52,452 bases of DNA. Origin: Eubacteriales bacterium. GTDB lineage: Bacteria > Bacillota > Clostridia > Oscillospirales > CAG-272. Positions 25,332-34,961 of the stretch are shown piece after piece; positions within the stretch are counted from its first letter, which is position 1; the number at the start of each line of letters is the position of its first letter. Both the position numbers and the translations under genes were made by a program. The notes under the pieces were generated by a model that saw only the letters and a program-made list of their open reading frames with translations, was not told where the DNA came from and ran no database searches. The stretch covers positions 1 to 52,452 of the forward strand of contig JAZODX010000077.1 in assembly GCA_045597265.1 (NCBI GenBank), read 5' to 3'.

Positions 25332-27431
25332 TTACGGATCGGCGTCGGACACGGCGCCGTTTTCTTGCCCGTCATATTTGTCGGTGTCGCTCCACGCAGG
25401 GTCGCCGGCCGGCGGGACGATGAGACAGTCGGGGTGGGCGAGAGTCAACGCATCGCCGCCGGTCAGCTCAGGCGGAGCGCTGCGGAAAATGATCGACGTG
25501 AGGTTTTCGCAGTCTGCCATGGCCGTGGCGTCAAGCGTGCGGAGCGCCTTGGGCAGCGTATACTGACGGATTTCCGGATTGTCGGCGAGACAGTATGCGG
25601 GGAGTGTCTCGATGCTCTCGGACAGCGTGATCGAGGTCAGGCGCGGAATTCCTGCGAGCGCGTACGGTGCAAGCGTCGTTACCGTGTTGCTCATTTTGAT
25701 CGAGGTCAGATAAGAGGCGCCGTAAAAGGCATAGCGCTCGATGGCAACCGTCGAGGAAAAGAGCGTGTAGCTTTCGGCCATTTTTCCGGCAGGATAGCGG
25801 ATCAGTACGGTTTTTTCATGGTTGAACAGTGAGCCGTTGACCGAGTAAAAATTTCCGTTTCCGGCATACACTTTGATATCGGTCAGAGAGGGGCAGGCAA
25901 AGGCGTTTTCTCCGATCGTATGCGTGGTTTTCGGCACGACCAGGGCCTCAACCCCAATACATCCCGCAAGGCTGTAGGGCTCAAAAATTTCAATTCCGCT
26001 GACGGGGAAGGTCAGCTGAGACAGATTCCTGCTGTTCATGGCGTACGCACCGATTACCCGTACGTCGGACGGTACGGTGAAGGTGGAGCCGGGACGTTCG
26101 TTCGGATAGGCGATCAGCGTAGACAGATCGGCCGAATAGAGAACGCCGTTGATGGTCCGCAGTCGGGGGGCGTCCTCGTCTGTCGTGATCCACTGCAGCT
26201 CGGTCAGTCCGCACAGTGCGCGGCCGGAGACGGTTTGCAGAGAGCCCGGCAGATGAAGCGTGGAAATCCTGCTGTTCTCACCAAGTGCGCCGTCGTCCAG
26301 CGCAACGACCGCTCGGCCGTTGATTTCGGCGGGGATCTTCAGCGCCGAAACGCCCGGCTCGACGGTGATCGACAAAAGGGTAAGCCCGTCTTCCCCGGCG
26401 GTGTAGGTATAGGTGACGCCGTCCGCCGTGAAGCGGTCGTCCTCCGGCGCGGCGGTGGTGACGGAAGCGTCGGTTTCGGCGGTGGTATCGGTGGCTTGAA
26501 TACCGTCGGATACGGGGAGCGCGGCACGCCCCCAGGCGCCGCCGAGGAGGAGCGCGATCAACGCCGTGCAGAGCAGAAGCAGTACGGTGCCGGCCGCAAA
26601 CAAGGGGCTGAATTTCAGCAGGTACCGCCGCTGCACCAATGCCGAAATGCGGGTACGAAGCGTTTTTTTCCGCGGCGGACCGTCGATTTCCTCCGCACCT
26701 GCGTCAAGGGGGATCAGGTGCGGAGCGTTTTCGCTCAGTGCATACTGGATGCCCAGCGCGGCGACGACTGTGGAGAAAATCCGGGTTGACTCGGCCGCCG
26801 TAAGCGGAAAGGCGACCTGCGGAAGTGCCATCAGCGAGGCAAGATATACGGTGGCGAAGGAGAGATGAAGCTTGTCTCCCGTGCGCCGCTCCTCTTCCTC
26901 AAGTGCGCGCCGCAGGGTTTCCCGTGCATAATAAAGGCGGCTTTTGATGGTGTTGATCGAGCAGTTTTCCAGCGCCGCCGCCTGACCGAGAGAGAGCTGA
27001 TTGAAATAGACGTAATGTACGGCGCGCTGTTGTGCTTCGGGGAGCATCTGCAGGACCTTCTGTACGGTGGTCTGCAGGCCCTCACGGCGATGCCATTCCT
27101 CCACGTCGTCACACGGGGGTGTGAAAATAGACGAGGCGGCGGGCAGCTCGGCGGTGGGCTCCCGCGCCTGCAGATGGTCGCTGCAGACGTTGTGCGTGAT
27201 GACGGTCAGCCAGCGGATGAAGCTCTGGTTGTCCCGCAGGCTGTTAAGGTGCTTGAAGACACGAATAAACACCTCGGAAACGACATCCTTCGCTTCCTCG
27301 GTGTCCATGAGTGTGACGCAGGCAATATTGTAAACCAGGGGGTGGGTGATTTCATAAATCCGCACGAAGGCTTCCTCTTCGTTTGCCTTTGCGCGTTCAA
27401 TATAGAGTGTCAGATCGGTATAATCCTGCAA
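25332..27431 (-). CDS. ECF-type sigma factor fused via a TM helix to BspA-like leucine-rich repeats
   Basis: Region 2 (AKDVVSEVFIRVFKHL...FIRWL), region 4 (LPEAQQRAV...SINTIKSRLYYAR), TM FAAGTVLLLLCTALIALLLGG, Thr-rich linker, LRR_5-type repeats. TTG start at 27431 after AAAGGAGG. Confidence 0.85.
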   Translation of the reverse strand: MQDYTDLTLYIERAKANEEEAFVRIYEITHPLVYNIACVTLMDTEEAKDVVSEVFIRVFKHLNSLRDNQSFIRWLTVITHNVCSDHLQAREPTAELPAASSIFTPPCDDVEEWHRREGLQTTVQKVLQMLPEAQQRAVHYVYFNQLSLGQAAALENCSINTIKSRLYYARETLRRALEEEERRTGDKLHLSFATVYLASLMALPQVAFPLTAAESTRIFSTVVAALGIQYALSENAPHLIPLDAGAEEIDGPPRKKTLRTRISALVQRRYLLKFSPLFAAGTVLLLLCTALIALLLGGAWGRAALPVSDGIQATDTTAETDASVTTAAPEDDRFTADGVTYTYTAGEDGLTLLSITVEPGVSALKIPAEINGRAVVALDDGALGENSRISTLHLPGSLQTVSGRALCGLTELQWITTDEDAPRLRTINGVLYSADLSTLIAYPNERPGSTFTVPSDVRVIGAYAMNSRNLSQLTFPVSGIEIFEPYSLAGCIGVEALVVPKTTHTIGENAFACPSLTDIKVYAGNGNFYSVNGSLFNHEKTVLIRYPAGKMAESYTLFSSTVAIERYAFYGASYLTSIKMSNTVTTLAPYALAGIPRLTSITLSESIETLPAYCLADNPEIRQYTLPKALRTLDATAMADCENLTSIIFRSAPPELTGGDALTLAHPDCLIVPPAGDPAWSDTDKYDGQENGAVSDADP

Positions 27432-27479
27432 ACGAAAGCCTCCTTTATCTGCGGGTGCGGCGATTTTTGTCGTACTTTC

Positions 27480-27508
27480 ATTATAACATAGACGGAGGGA
27501 ATTATCAA
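27480..27508 (-). promoter_or_regulatory. sigmaA promoter of the sigma-LRR gene
   Basis: Minus strand TTGATA-N17-TATAAT with extended TG. Confidence 0.65.
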
Positions 27509-27594
27509 GAAAAGAAATTTCCAAAACACAAAACCATTCGTCAAAAATCGGAGTCCGGATGCTTTCCCCTCACGAAAAAACGGTCGTTTGGCGG

Positions 27595-28026
27595 TTATTC
27601 GTCCTCTCGGGGAAGGAGCGGCGACTCGATGGCGCAGATGTGCTCCATACGGATTTTTCGGCCGTCCTCAAGGAAGACGAGGGCGGCGAAGGCGTCAATC
27701 CTCTTGACGTGACCGCTCACGGTATCGTATTTTCCGCCTGCCTTCCGCGGATCGGGGCGGAAGCAGGTCAGCGTGACGGCAGGACGCTCGGCGGCGCAGT
27801 CGGCCAGCATCTGCAGTTTTTCCCCGAGGCTGACCTTTTCCTCCTCGTCAAGCTCAACGCGGCGATCGGTCAGCCGTGCGGTTTCGCGGATGGCGGCCTC
27901 GTGGCCGGTCAAGGCGGCAAAGGGAGAGAATTGCGCGGCGCGGTCGGCCCGCGGCATGGGTGGGTGTTTTTCGGAGACGGGGCGTGCAAGATGCAGAATA
28001 TCGTCGTATGCGTGACTTTCCTTCAT
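27595..28026 (-). CDS. YolD-like protein
   Basis: YDDILHL.RP.S.KHPPM...RAAQFSPFAALTG motif; directly downstream of the Y-family polymerase. Confidence 0.8.
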   Translation of the reverse strand: MKESHAYDDILHLARPVSEKHPPMPRADRAAQFSPFAALTGHEAAIRETARLTDRRVELDEEEKVSLGEKLQMLADCAAERPAVTLTCFRPDPRKAGGKYDTVSGHVKRIDAFAALVFLEDGRKIRMEHICAIESPLLPREDE

Positions 28027-28035
28027 GGTATTCTC

Positions 28036-29550
28036 CTATGCTTTATGCCCGCCGATGCGGTCGTTTCGGTCTTTTGCGGTGGCGTCCTCCTCAAGGTTCA
28101 TGCCCTTGAGAATGATATTCTTGCCGTATTTTCGCTTGAGGGTGAGCATGGCCTCCTGCACCTGCCGTTCGCGGGCAAGGGCGGCCTTTTCCTCGGCGCG
28201 TTCCCGCTCAAGCGCGGCGGGATCGGTGAAAATATCCAGCTGCTCTGCCGGCATCTGCGGCGGCATCTCCCGTTCGTCCGCCACGCGGCAGGCGGTGAGG
28301 TTGAGGCGGCGAATGAGCAGATGCGGATTGACGATCCGGTCGTAGAGCACCGTTACCGCATCGATGATCTGCCGTGCCGACGAGGAGGGATAGGACAGAT
28401 TTTCGGTGCCGTGCGCGTGGCGGGGAATCTTCCGTCCGTAGCGGTCGGTCACCGTTTCTCCCGTGTAGGTGCGGCTGTCCTTGAGGTTGTCGACGTCGTA
28501 GCCGACGGTCAGCACCAGCTGATCGGTGACAAGGCGCTTGTCCACCAGATCAAGTGCAAGCTGATCGGCCATTTCGCGGACGACCAGCCTCGCCTTCTCT
28601 GCCGTATACGGGCAGGCGAGCACCTGACCCGCGCCGATGCTGTTTGAGGCGGGGCGGTAGGCCTTGATTTCGGCGATGGTGCAGGGCTCGTATCCCCATG
28701 CGTGGTCGATCAGCAGCTCGGCGTTCACGCCGAAGAGGCGGTAGAGCAGATCCTCGTTGTAGAAATCGGCGGGGCCGCCGAGAGAGGCCCGTGCAACGTC
28801 TCCCATCGTCTCAATGCCTACCGAGGCAAGCTTTTTTGCATAGCCCTGTCCGACGCGCCAGAAATCGGTCAGCGGGCGGTGATCCCAGAGCAGGCGGCGA
28901 TAGGCGAGCTCGTCAAGCTCGGCAATCCGCACGCCGTCCCGATCGGCGGGAACGTGCTTGGCCACGATATCCATCGCGACCTTGGCCAGATACAGATTCG
29001 TGCCGATGCCTGCCGCCGCCGTGATGCCGGTAGTGCGGTAGACGTCGCGGATCATCCGCGCGGTGAATTCCCGTGCGCTGAGTCCGGCTCGGCGCAGATA
29101 TGCCGTCAGGTCGATAAAGACCTCGTCGATCGAATAGACGTGGATATCTTCGGGGGCAACGTGCTCCAGGTAAATGGAATAAATTTTCGTGCTGTAGTCA
29201 ATATAATGTGCCATGCGCGGAGGAGCAGCGATATAATCAACGGCGAGGGAAGGGTCGGCGCGCAGGGCAGTATCGTCGGCCGAGCTGCCTCTCAGACAGC
29301 GGCCGGGGGCGCGTGCGCGACGGTTGGCGTTCACCTCCCGGAGGCGGGCGATCACCTCAAAAAGCCTTGCCCGTCCCGATAGGCCGTAGGCCTTGAGGGG
29401 AGGTGTCACGGCGAGGCAGATGGTTTTCTCGGTACGGCTCGTGTCAGCCACGACCAGATTGGTGGTCAGGGGATCGAGCCCGCGGTCAATGCATTCCACC
29501 GAGGCGTAAAAGGATTTCAAATCAATGCAGGCGTATTGCCGCTCGTCCAC
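28036..29550 (-). CDS. Y-family DNA polymerase (UmuC/ImpB/UvrX-like)
   Basis: IDLKSFYASVE, YSIDEVFID, GIGTNLYLAKVAMD and C-terminal RNDRIGGH; GTG start with RBS GGAGGTG. Confidence 0.9.
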   Translation of the reverse strand: MDERQYACIDLKSFYASVECIDRGLDPLTTNLVVADTSRTEKTICLAVTPPLKAYGLSGRARLFEVIARLREVNANRRARAPGRCLRGSSADDTALRADPSLAVDYIAAPPRMAHYIDYSTKIYSIYLEHVAPEDIHVYSIDEVFIDLTAYLRRAGLSAREFTARMIRDVYRTTGITAAAGIGTNLYLAKVAMDIVAKHVPADRDGVRIAELDELAYRRLLWDHRPLTDFWRVGQGYAKKLASVGIETMGDVARASLGGPADFYNEDLLYRLFGVNAELLIDHAWGYEPCTIAEIKAYRPASNSIGAGQVLACPYTAEKARLVVREMADQLALDLVDKRLVTDQLVLTVGYDVDNLKDSRTYTGETVTDRYGRKIPRHAHGTENLSYPSSSARQIIDAVTVLYDRIVNPHLLIRRLNLTACRVADEREMPPQMPAEQLDIFTDPAALERERAEEKAALARERQVQEAMLTLKRKYGKNIILKGMNLEEDATAKDRNDRIGGHKA

Positions 29551-29579
29551 GTGCTCACCTCCCGTGTAAGGCTTGAGAA

Positions 29580-29609
29580 GGGGTGTCGCGCTCGTTCGCG
29601 CGGCACCCC
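29580..29609 (-). terminator. GC-rich hairpin between proA and the Y-family polymerase gene (weak U-tract)
   Basis: GGGGTGTCGCGC / GCGCGGCACCCC stem; followed on the minus strand only by TTCTC. Confidence 0.45.
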
Positions 29610-29619
29610 GGGGTTCTTT

Positions 29620-30870
29620 TTATCGGATCTGTCCGTCACCGTCAATGAGATATTTGTCGGTTGTCAGCGCCGCCAGACCCATCGGTCCGCGGGCGTGCAG
29701 CTTCTGGGTTGAGATGCCGATTTCGGCGCCGAAGCCGAATTCTCCGCCGTCGGTGAAGCGGGTGGACGCGTTGACGTAGACGGCCGCCGCGTCAATCTCG
29801 CGGCTGAAGCGAGCCGCCGCCTCGCGGGATCGGGTGATGATGGCTTCGCTGTGCCCGGTGTTGTAGCGGTTGATGTGTGCAATGGCATCCCCGATGGTAT
29901 CGACCACGCGAACGGCCAGAATATAGTCGTTGTATTCGGTTGCCCAGTCCTCCTCGGTGGCGTCGTCCGCGTCGGGGAGAAGGATTTTGGTGCGCGGACA
30001 GCCGCGCAGAGTAACGCCCGCTTCCTTTGCCGCATCGGCAAAGGCGGGTAGGAAGCGTGCGGCGACGGAAGCGTGAACGAGCAGGGTCTCGAGCGCATTG
30101 CAGACCGACGGACGGGAGGCCTTTGCGTTGATGGCTACCTTGACCGCCATCTCAAGATCGGCCGACTCGTCGATATACATATGACAGTTGCCCGCACCCG
30201 TCTCAATGACCGGGACGCGCGCGTTTTCCACCACCGTGCGGATCAGACCCGCACCCCCGCGGGGAATGACCACGTCAAGCAGACCGCGTGCCGTCAGCAT
30301 GGCGGAAACGCCCTCCCGCTCGGTGCGCTCAACCAGCGCAAGCACGGCGGGGTCAATGCCGACGGAGGCCAGAGCCCCCTTCATGGAGGCGACGAGTGCG
30401 CGGTTCGTCTCGATGGCTTCCTTGCCGCCCCGCAGAACGACCGCGTTGCCGGTTTTGAGGCAGAGGGCGGCCGCGTCAACCGTGACGTTCGGGCGGGCCT
30501 CGTAAATCATGCCCACGACACCCATCGGTACCTTGACGCGCGAGATCACGAGACCGTTCGGACGTACCCAGCGCTCACCCGAGCCAATCGGGTCGGCCAG
30601 GCCGACCAGCTCACGCAGTGCGGCAGAGATGCCGTCGATCCGCGCTTCGGTCAGGCGAAGACGGTCGAGCATGGTGGAGGGCACGCCGTTGTCGGCGGCC
30701 GCGGAAAGATCGCGGGCGTTGGCCGCAAGAATGCCGTCCCGATCGGCCGCAAGGCCGTCGGCAATGGCGAGAAGCGCGCTGTTTTTCTTTGCGGTTGAAG
30801 CCGACGCGACGGAGCTTGCCGCCGCGCGGGTCGCCGTGCAGAGCTCGGTGATATAGGCTTGAATATCCAT
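29620..30870 (-). CDS. proA: Glutamate-5-semialdehyde dehydrogenase
   Basis: IYEARPNVT, LRGGKEA, IPRGGAGLI, SVCNALETLL, NASTRFTDGGEFGFGAEIGISTQKLHARGPMGL. Confidence 0.96.
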   Translation of the reverse strand: MDIQAYITELCTATRAAASSVASASTAKKNSALLAIADGLAADRDGILAANARDLSAAADNGVPSTMLDRLRLTEARIDGISAALRELVGLADPIGSGERWVRPNGLVISRVKVPMGVVGMIYEARPNVTVDAAALCLKTGNAVVLRGGKEAIETNRALVASMKGALASVGIDPAVLALVERTEREGVSAMLTARGLLDVVIPRGGAGLIRTVVENARVPVIETGAGNCHMYIDESADLEMAVKVAINAKASRPSVCNALETLLVHASVAARFLPAFADAAKEAGVTLRGCPRTKILLPDADDATEEDWATEYNDYILAVRVVDTIGDAIAHINRYNTGHSEAIITRSREAAARFSREIDAAAVYVNASTRFTDGGEFGFGAEIGISTQKLHARGPMGLAALTTDKYLIDGDGQIR

Positions 30871-30942
30871 AGGGAATCCCCTTTCGCTTAAGTAATCGGT
30901 TTCCGTCGGAGCGGAGCGGAACGCGGCGGTTTGCCGCATCCC

Positions 30943-31728
30943 TTATTGTGCCTGAAAATAGGTTCCGATATTCTCTCCGTCCATCAAAGCGTATAGAACG
31001 GTCGGATCGGCACCGTTGAGGATGTACATGGGGATGCCCGCTTCGGTCACGATTTGTGCCGCACGGAGCTTGGTTGACATACCGCCCGTGCCGCGATCGG
31101 TGCCCGCACCGCCTGCGGCGGCGATGAGGGCCTCGTCGATTCGCTCGACCACGGGAATCAGGCGTGCATCGGCATATTTTCTGGGGTCGCGGTCATAGAA
31201 GCCGTCGACGTCCGAGAGGTTGATGAGCAGATCTGCGCGGCAGATCAGCGCAACGTAGGCCGAGAGGGTATCGTTTCCGCCGAATTTCAACTCCTCAATC
31301 GAAACAGAGTCGTTTTCGTTGACGATCGGCACACAGCCGAGAGCAAGCAGAGACTCGAAGGTGTTGCGGATGGCGGCGAGACGGACGGGATTGTCCACGA
31401 CGTCGCGGGTCATGAGAATCTGCCCGACCGTATGGCCGTAGGTAGAGAAAAAGCGCTCGTACATGGCCATCAGGTCACTCTGCCCGACGGCGGCCATGGC
31501 TTGCTTTTCCTCAGGCGTGCGGGGACGGTGATCGGCGCCGAGGCGGGCAATGCCTGCGCTGACTGCGCCCGAGGAGACGAGAATGACCTGTCTGCCTTCG
31601 TTTTTGAAATCCGAGACGATTTTGACCAGGGTCTCAATGCGTCTGAGATTGAGGTGACCTGAAGCGTGGGTGAGGGTTGAGGTGCCGATTTTGATGACGA
31701 TGCGGCGGCTTTGGACAAGATTTTCCAT
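30943..31728 (-). CDS. proB: Glutamate 5-kinase (short form, no PUA domain)
   Basis: VIKIGTS, VSSGAV, AAVGQ, NEND, GNDTLSA, GTGGM.TK; 261 aa. Confidence 0.95.
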   Translation of the reverse strand: MENLVQSRRIVIKIGTSTLTHASGHLNLRRIETLVKIVSDFKNEGRQVILVSSGAVSAGIARLGADHRPRTPEEKQAMAAVGQSDLMAMYERFFSTYGHTVGQILMTRDVVDNPVRLAAIRNTFESLLALGCVPIVNENDSVSIEELKFGGNDTLSAYVALICRADLLINLSDVDGFYDRDPRKYADARLIPVVERIDEALIAAAGGAGTDRGTGGMSTKLRAAQIVTEAGIPMYILNGADPTVLYALMDGENIGTYFQAQ

Positions 31729-31778
31729 AAAAACAAACTCTTTCTTCGGTTTCTGGATAAGAATTTTACAAAAAAGAC

Positions 31779-31883
31779 TTTCAAATCATGCGGAAATATA
31801 GTATAATAGATGATGATTCGACATTATCCCGGCAGGTCTGCCGATAATATACCTATTATACAGCCTATCCCCGAATTTTGCAA
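31779..31883. promoter_or_regulatory. Face-to-face sigmaA promoters for the zapA-mre operon (+) and proBA (-)
   Basis: Plus strand TTTCAA-N17-TATAAT (31779-31807); minus strand TTGCAA-N17-TATAAT (31883-31855). Confidence 0.55.
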
Positions 31884-31941
31884 GCATTATCCCGAATTTT
31901 ATTGCGCCGCGGCGCAAAATCCATACACGGAGGAAGAGCGG

Positions 31942-32241
31942 ATGAAATCCCGATACACCATTACCATTGCCGATATCCAGATGAACGTCCTCACCGAGGA
32001 AACCGAGGCGTCGGTTACCGAGCTGGTCAACACCATTGACCGTCGGATCCGCGAAATCAACACCCGTTCCCGCCACTGCACGAAAACCGAAGCGGCTCTG
32101 CTCTGTGCGCTCGATTACTGTGCCGACAAGTTTAAGGCACAGCGGCGGCAGAAGGTGCTTGAGGCACAGCTTGCCGTTGCCCGCGCCGAGATTGACGATC
32201 TGCGGGCACAGCTGGCCGCACAGAAGCATAACGCCGAATGA
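31942..32241 (+). CDS. zapA: Cell division protein ZapA
   Basis: N-terminal beta strands (YTITIADIQMNV), AALLCALD, C-terminal coiled coil; RBS GGAGG; precedes the U32 gene as in many clostridia. Confidence 0.7.
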   Translation: MKSRYTITIADIQMNVLTEETEASVTELVNTIDRRIREINTRSRHCTKTEAALLCALDYCADKFKAQRRQKVLEAQLAVARAEIDDLRAQLAAQKHNAE

Positions 32242-34289
32242 GCAAGCCCCGTCCTCTGCCCGAGCTGTTGGCTCCTGCCGGCTCCCCTGCCGCGCTGGAC
32301 GCCGCCATTGAGGGAGGCGCTGACGCCGTTTACTTCGGCGGTGCGGCCTTCAACGCCCGTATGCTGGCGCAGAACTTCGGCGGTGCCGCGATGGACGATG
32401 CCGTTGCGCGCTGTCACGCCTATGGGGTCAAGGCTTACGTGACCCTGAATACGCTGGTGGCCGACCGCGAAATGGACGACTGTCTCCGCGCGGCCGAGGC
32501 GGCCTACCGCGCCGGGGCCGACGCGCTGATCGTTGCCGATCTCGGCGTTGCGGCCACTCTGCGGCGGCAGATTCCCGAGCTTGCCCTGCACGCCTCCACC
32601 CAGGCGAGCGGACACAACGCGGAGGCGGCCAAAAAGCTGGCCTCGCTCGGCTTTACGCGTATGGTCTGCGCCCGTGAGCTCTCGCGGGATGATCTTGCCC
32701 GTCTGGTGGCCGACTCTCCCATCGAAATTGAAATGTTTATCCACGGTGCGCTTTGCGTTTCCCATTCGGGACAGTGCCTGTTTTCGTCGCTGGTCGGCGG
32801 CAGAAGCGGCAATCGCGGAACCTGTGCACAGCCCTGCCGTCTGCCCTATACGGTGGGCGGACGGGAGAAATATCCGCTTTCTCTGCGCGATCTTTCGCTC
32901 GCGTCCCACGTTCCCGCACTGATCGAGCTCGGTGTCGCGTCGCTCAAGATTGAGGGACGCATGAAGTCTCCCGAATACGTGCGGGACGTCGTTTCGGTCT
33001 GGCGGCGGCTCCTTGACGAGTGCCGCGGTGCGACCGCCGGAGAGATGCGGTATCTGGCCGATATTTTCTCACGCGGCGGATTTACCGATACCTATTTCCG
33101 CGGCATCAATCCGAGCGGGGACAACTCCGCCATGCTCGGCGTTCGCTCGGAGGCAGACAAGGCCGCTTCCCGTGCGGCAGAGCCCTTCCGTGCCATTACC
33201 CGCACCTCTCCGCTGACCTTCCGCGCCGAGATTCTGGCAGGTCGTCCGATGCGCCTGACCGCCCGGGCCGGTGGGAGAAGCGTGACGGTTGCGGGCGATA
33301 TCCCCCAGCCTGCCCGCAGCGCACCCATTGACCGCGCGGCGGTAACGCGCTGTCTCGGCAAGCTTGGCGGAACGCCCTACGCGCTTGATCGCCTCGAACT
33401 TGATCTGGATGAGGGGCTGATGGTGCCCGTCTCGGCGCTCAACGCGCTTCGCCGTGCGGCGGTCTCGGCACTCTCGCCACATGAGCCGCATCCCGATTTT
33501 GACGCAGGCGCTTACCGTGTCGGAGCGGACGTGCATCTGCCCGTACCCGCCCTTCCCGCACGTGTGGCGCAATTCCGTTCGTCCGCACAGATTACGCCCG
33601 CCGCGCGCGCTTATTTCGATTTGATTTATCTTCCGCTTGAACGGTATGCCGAAGAGGCGCCCGACCTCCGCCCCGACGGGGTGATTCTTCCCCCCGTCAT
33701 TCTTCCGCACGAGACCGATGGGGTGCGTGCTATGCTGCGCGCCGCCGCCGATGCGGGGATTCGCGAGGCGCTGGTGGGCAATATCGGACATATTGCTCTC
33801 GCCGAGGAGGCCGGTCTCACCTTGCACGGTGATTTCCGTCTCAACGTTACCTCGGCCGAAACGGCGGCCGTCCTGCGTACGCTCGGCGTCCGCGACTGCC
33901 TGCTCTCGCCCGAGCTGACCCTGCCGCAGCTGCGCGATCTGCCGATCGCGGGTGATAAGGCGGCTATCGTTTACGGCCGCGTTCCCCTAATGGTGCTGGA
34001 GAAATGCGCCATCCGCGCCGTGGCCGACTGTCGGCGGTGCGCGGAGGATACCGTCGTGCTGACCGACCGACGCGGCGTGCGCTTCCCGATGCTCCGCACC
34101 TGGCAGCACCGCACGCTGATCGTCAACTCCCGTCCCACCTATATGCTCGACCGACTCACCCGCCTTTATGCGGCAGGCGTGACCTCGCATCATTATCTCT
34201 TTACCGTTGAGTCCCCCGATGAGGTCAACCGTGTCATTACCGCCGCAGAGCAGGGCAGAGCCCCGACGGCAGACGTCCGCCGGATATAA
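32238..34289 (+). CDS. Peptidase U32 family protein (RlhA-like RNA hydroxylase, long form)
   Basis: PELLAPAG, GADAVY, HASTQ, HGALCVSHSGQC...NRGTCAQPCR Fe-S motif, KIEGRMK. Confidence 0.9.
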   Translation: MSKPRPLPELLAPAGSPAALDAAIEGGADAVYFGGAAFNARMLAQNFGGAAMDDAVARCHAYGVKAYVTLNTLVADREMDDCLRAAEAAYRAGADALIVADLGVAATLRRQIPELALHASTQASGHNAEAAKKLASLGFTRMVCARELSRDDLARLVADSPIEIEMFIHGALCVSHSGQCLFSSLVGGRSGNRGTCAQPCRLPYTVGGREKYPLSLRDLSLASHVPALIELGVASLKIEGRMKSPEYVRDVVSVWRRLLDECRGATAGEMRYLADIFSRGGFTDTYFRGINPSGDNSAMLGVRSEADKAASRAAEPFRAITRTSPLTFRAEILAGRPMRLTARAGGRSVTVAGDIPQPARSAPIDRAAVTRCLGKLGGTPYALDRLELDLDEGLMVPVSALNALRRAAVSALSPHEPHPDFDAGAYRVGADVHLPVPALPARVAQFRSSAQITPAARAYFDLIYLPLERYAEEAPDLRPDGVILPPVILPHETDGVRAMLRAAADAGIREALVGNIGHIALAEEAGLTLHGDFRLNVTSAETAAVLRTLGVRDCLLSPELTLPQLRDLPIAGDKAAIVYGRVPLMVLEKCAIRAVADCRRCAEDTVVLTDRRGVRFPMLRTWQHRTLIVNSRPTYMLDRLTRLYAAGVTSHHYLFTVESPDEVNRVITAAEQGRAPTADVRRI

Positions 34290-34313
34290 ATACACGTTTA
34301 CGAAGGAATTGCT

Positions 34314-34907
34314 ATGCAAGCTGAACTTATCCTCGCCTCGGCGTCTCCTCGCCGCCGCGAGATTCTGACCACGCTCGATATTCCGCACCGCGTCCTCGTC
34401 TCGGACGCGGACGAGACCCTGCCCGACGGCATCTCTCCTGCCGAGGCGGTACGGACGCTGGCCGCGCGCAAGGCGGCCGCCGTTCTCCCCCTTGTTCCCG
34501 ATGCGGCCGTACTTGCCGCCGACACCGTGGTAACCCTTGACGGGGACATCCTCGGCAAGCCGACGGACGATGCCGACGCCGCCGCGATGCTCCGCCGCCT
34601 CTCGGGGCGTACGCACACCGTTTATACGGGCGTGGCACTGGCATACGGCGGGAAAACGGTCGTGGCACACGAAGCCACCACCGTTCGCTTCGCAGGTCTG
34701 GAGGAGGCGGATATTGCCGCCTATATTGCGACGGGCGAGCCCCGCGACAAGGCGGGAGCCTATGCCATTCAGGGCATCGCCGCGCGCTTTATTGTGGGCA
34801 TTGAGGGAGACTATTTCAACGTCGTCGGCCTGCCGGCGAGACTGGTCGTGACCATGCTCACTGACGCGGGCATCTGCCCCGCGCCGTGCCGTGTCTCCCT
34901 TGTGTGA
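34314..34907 (+). CDS. maf: Maf nucleoside triphosphate pyrophosphatase
   Basis: ILASASPRRREIL, AADTVV, LGKP, DKAGAYAIQG, NVVGLP. Confidence 0.95.
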   Translation: MQAELILASASPRRREILTTLDIPHRVLVSDADETLPDGISPAEAVRTLAARKAAAVLPLVPDAAVLAADTVVTLDGDILGKPTDDADAAAMLRRLSGRTHTVYTGVALAYGGKTVVAHEATTVRFAGLEEADIAAYIATGEPRDKAGAYAIQGIAARFIVGIEGDYFNVVGLPARLVVTMLTDAGICPAPCRVSLV

Positions 34908-34961
34908 GAGCGGAACAACCTCGGAAAAACGGGACTTCCCTTGAAAAAGAAAGGATCGTAT

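Noticed and set aside
27595-29550. Prophage or ICE marked by the UmuC/YolD cassette
   Set aside because: No integrase, relaxase, phage structural genes or att-like repeats; composition matches the flanking core genes.
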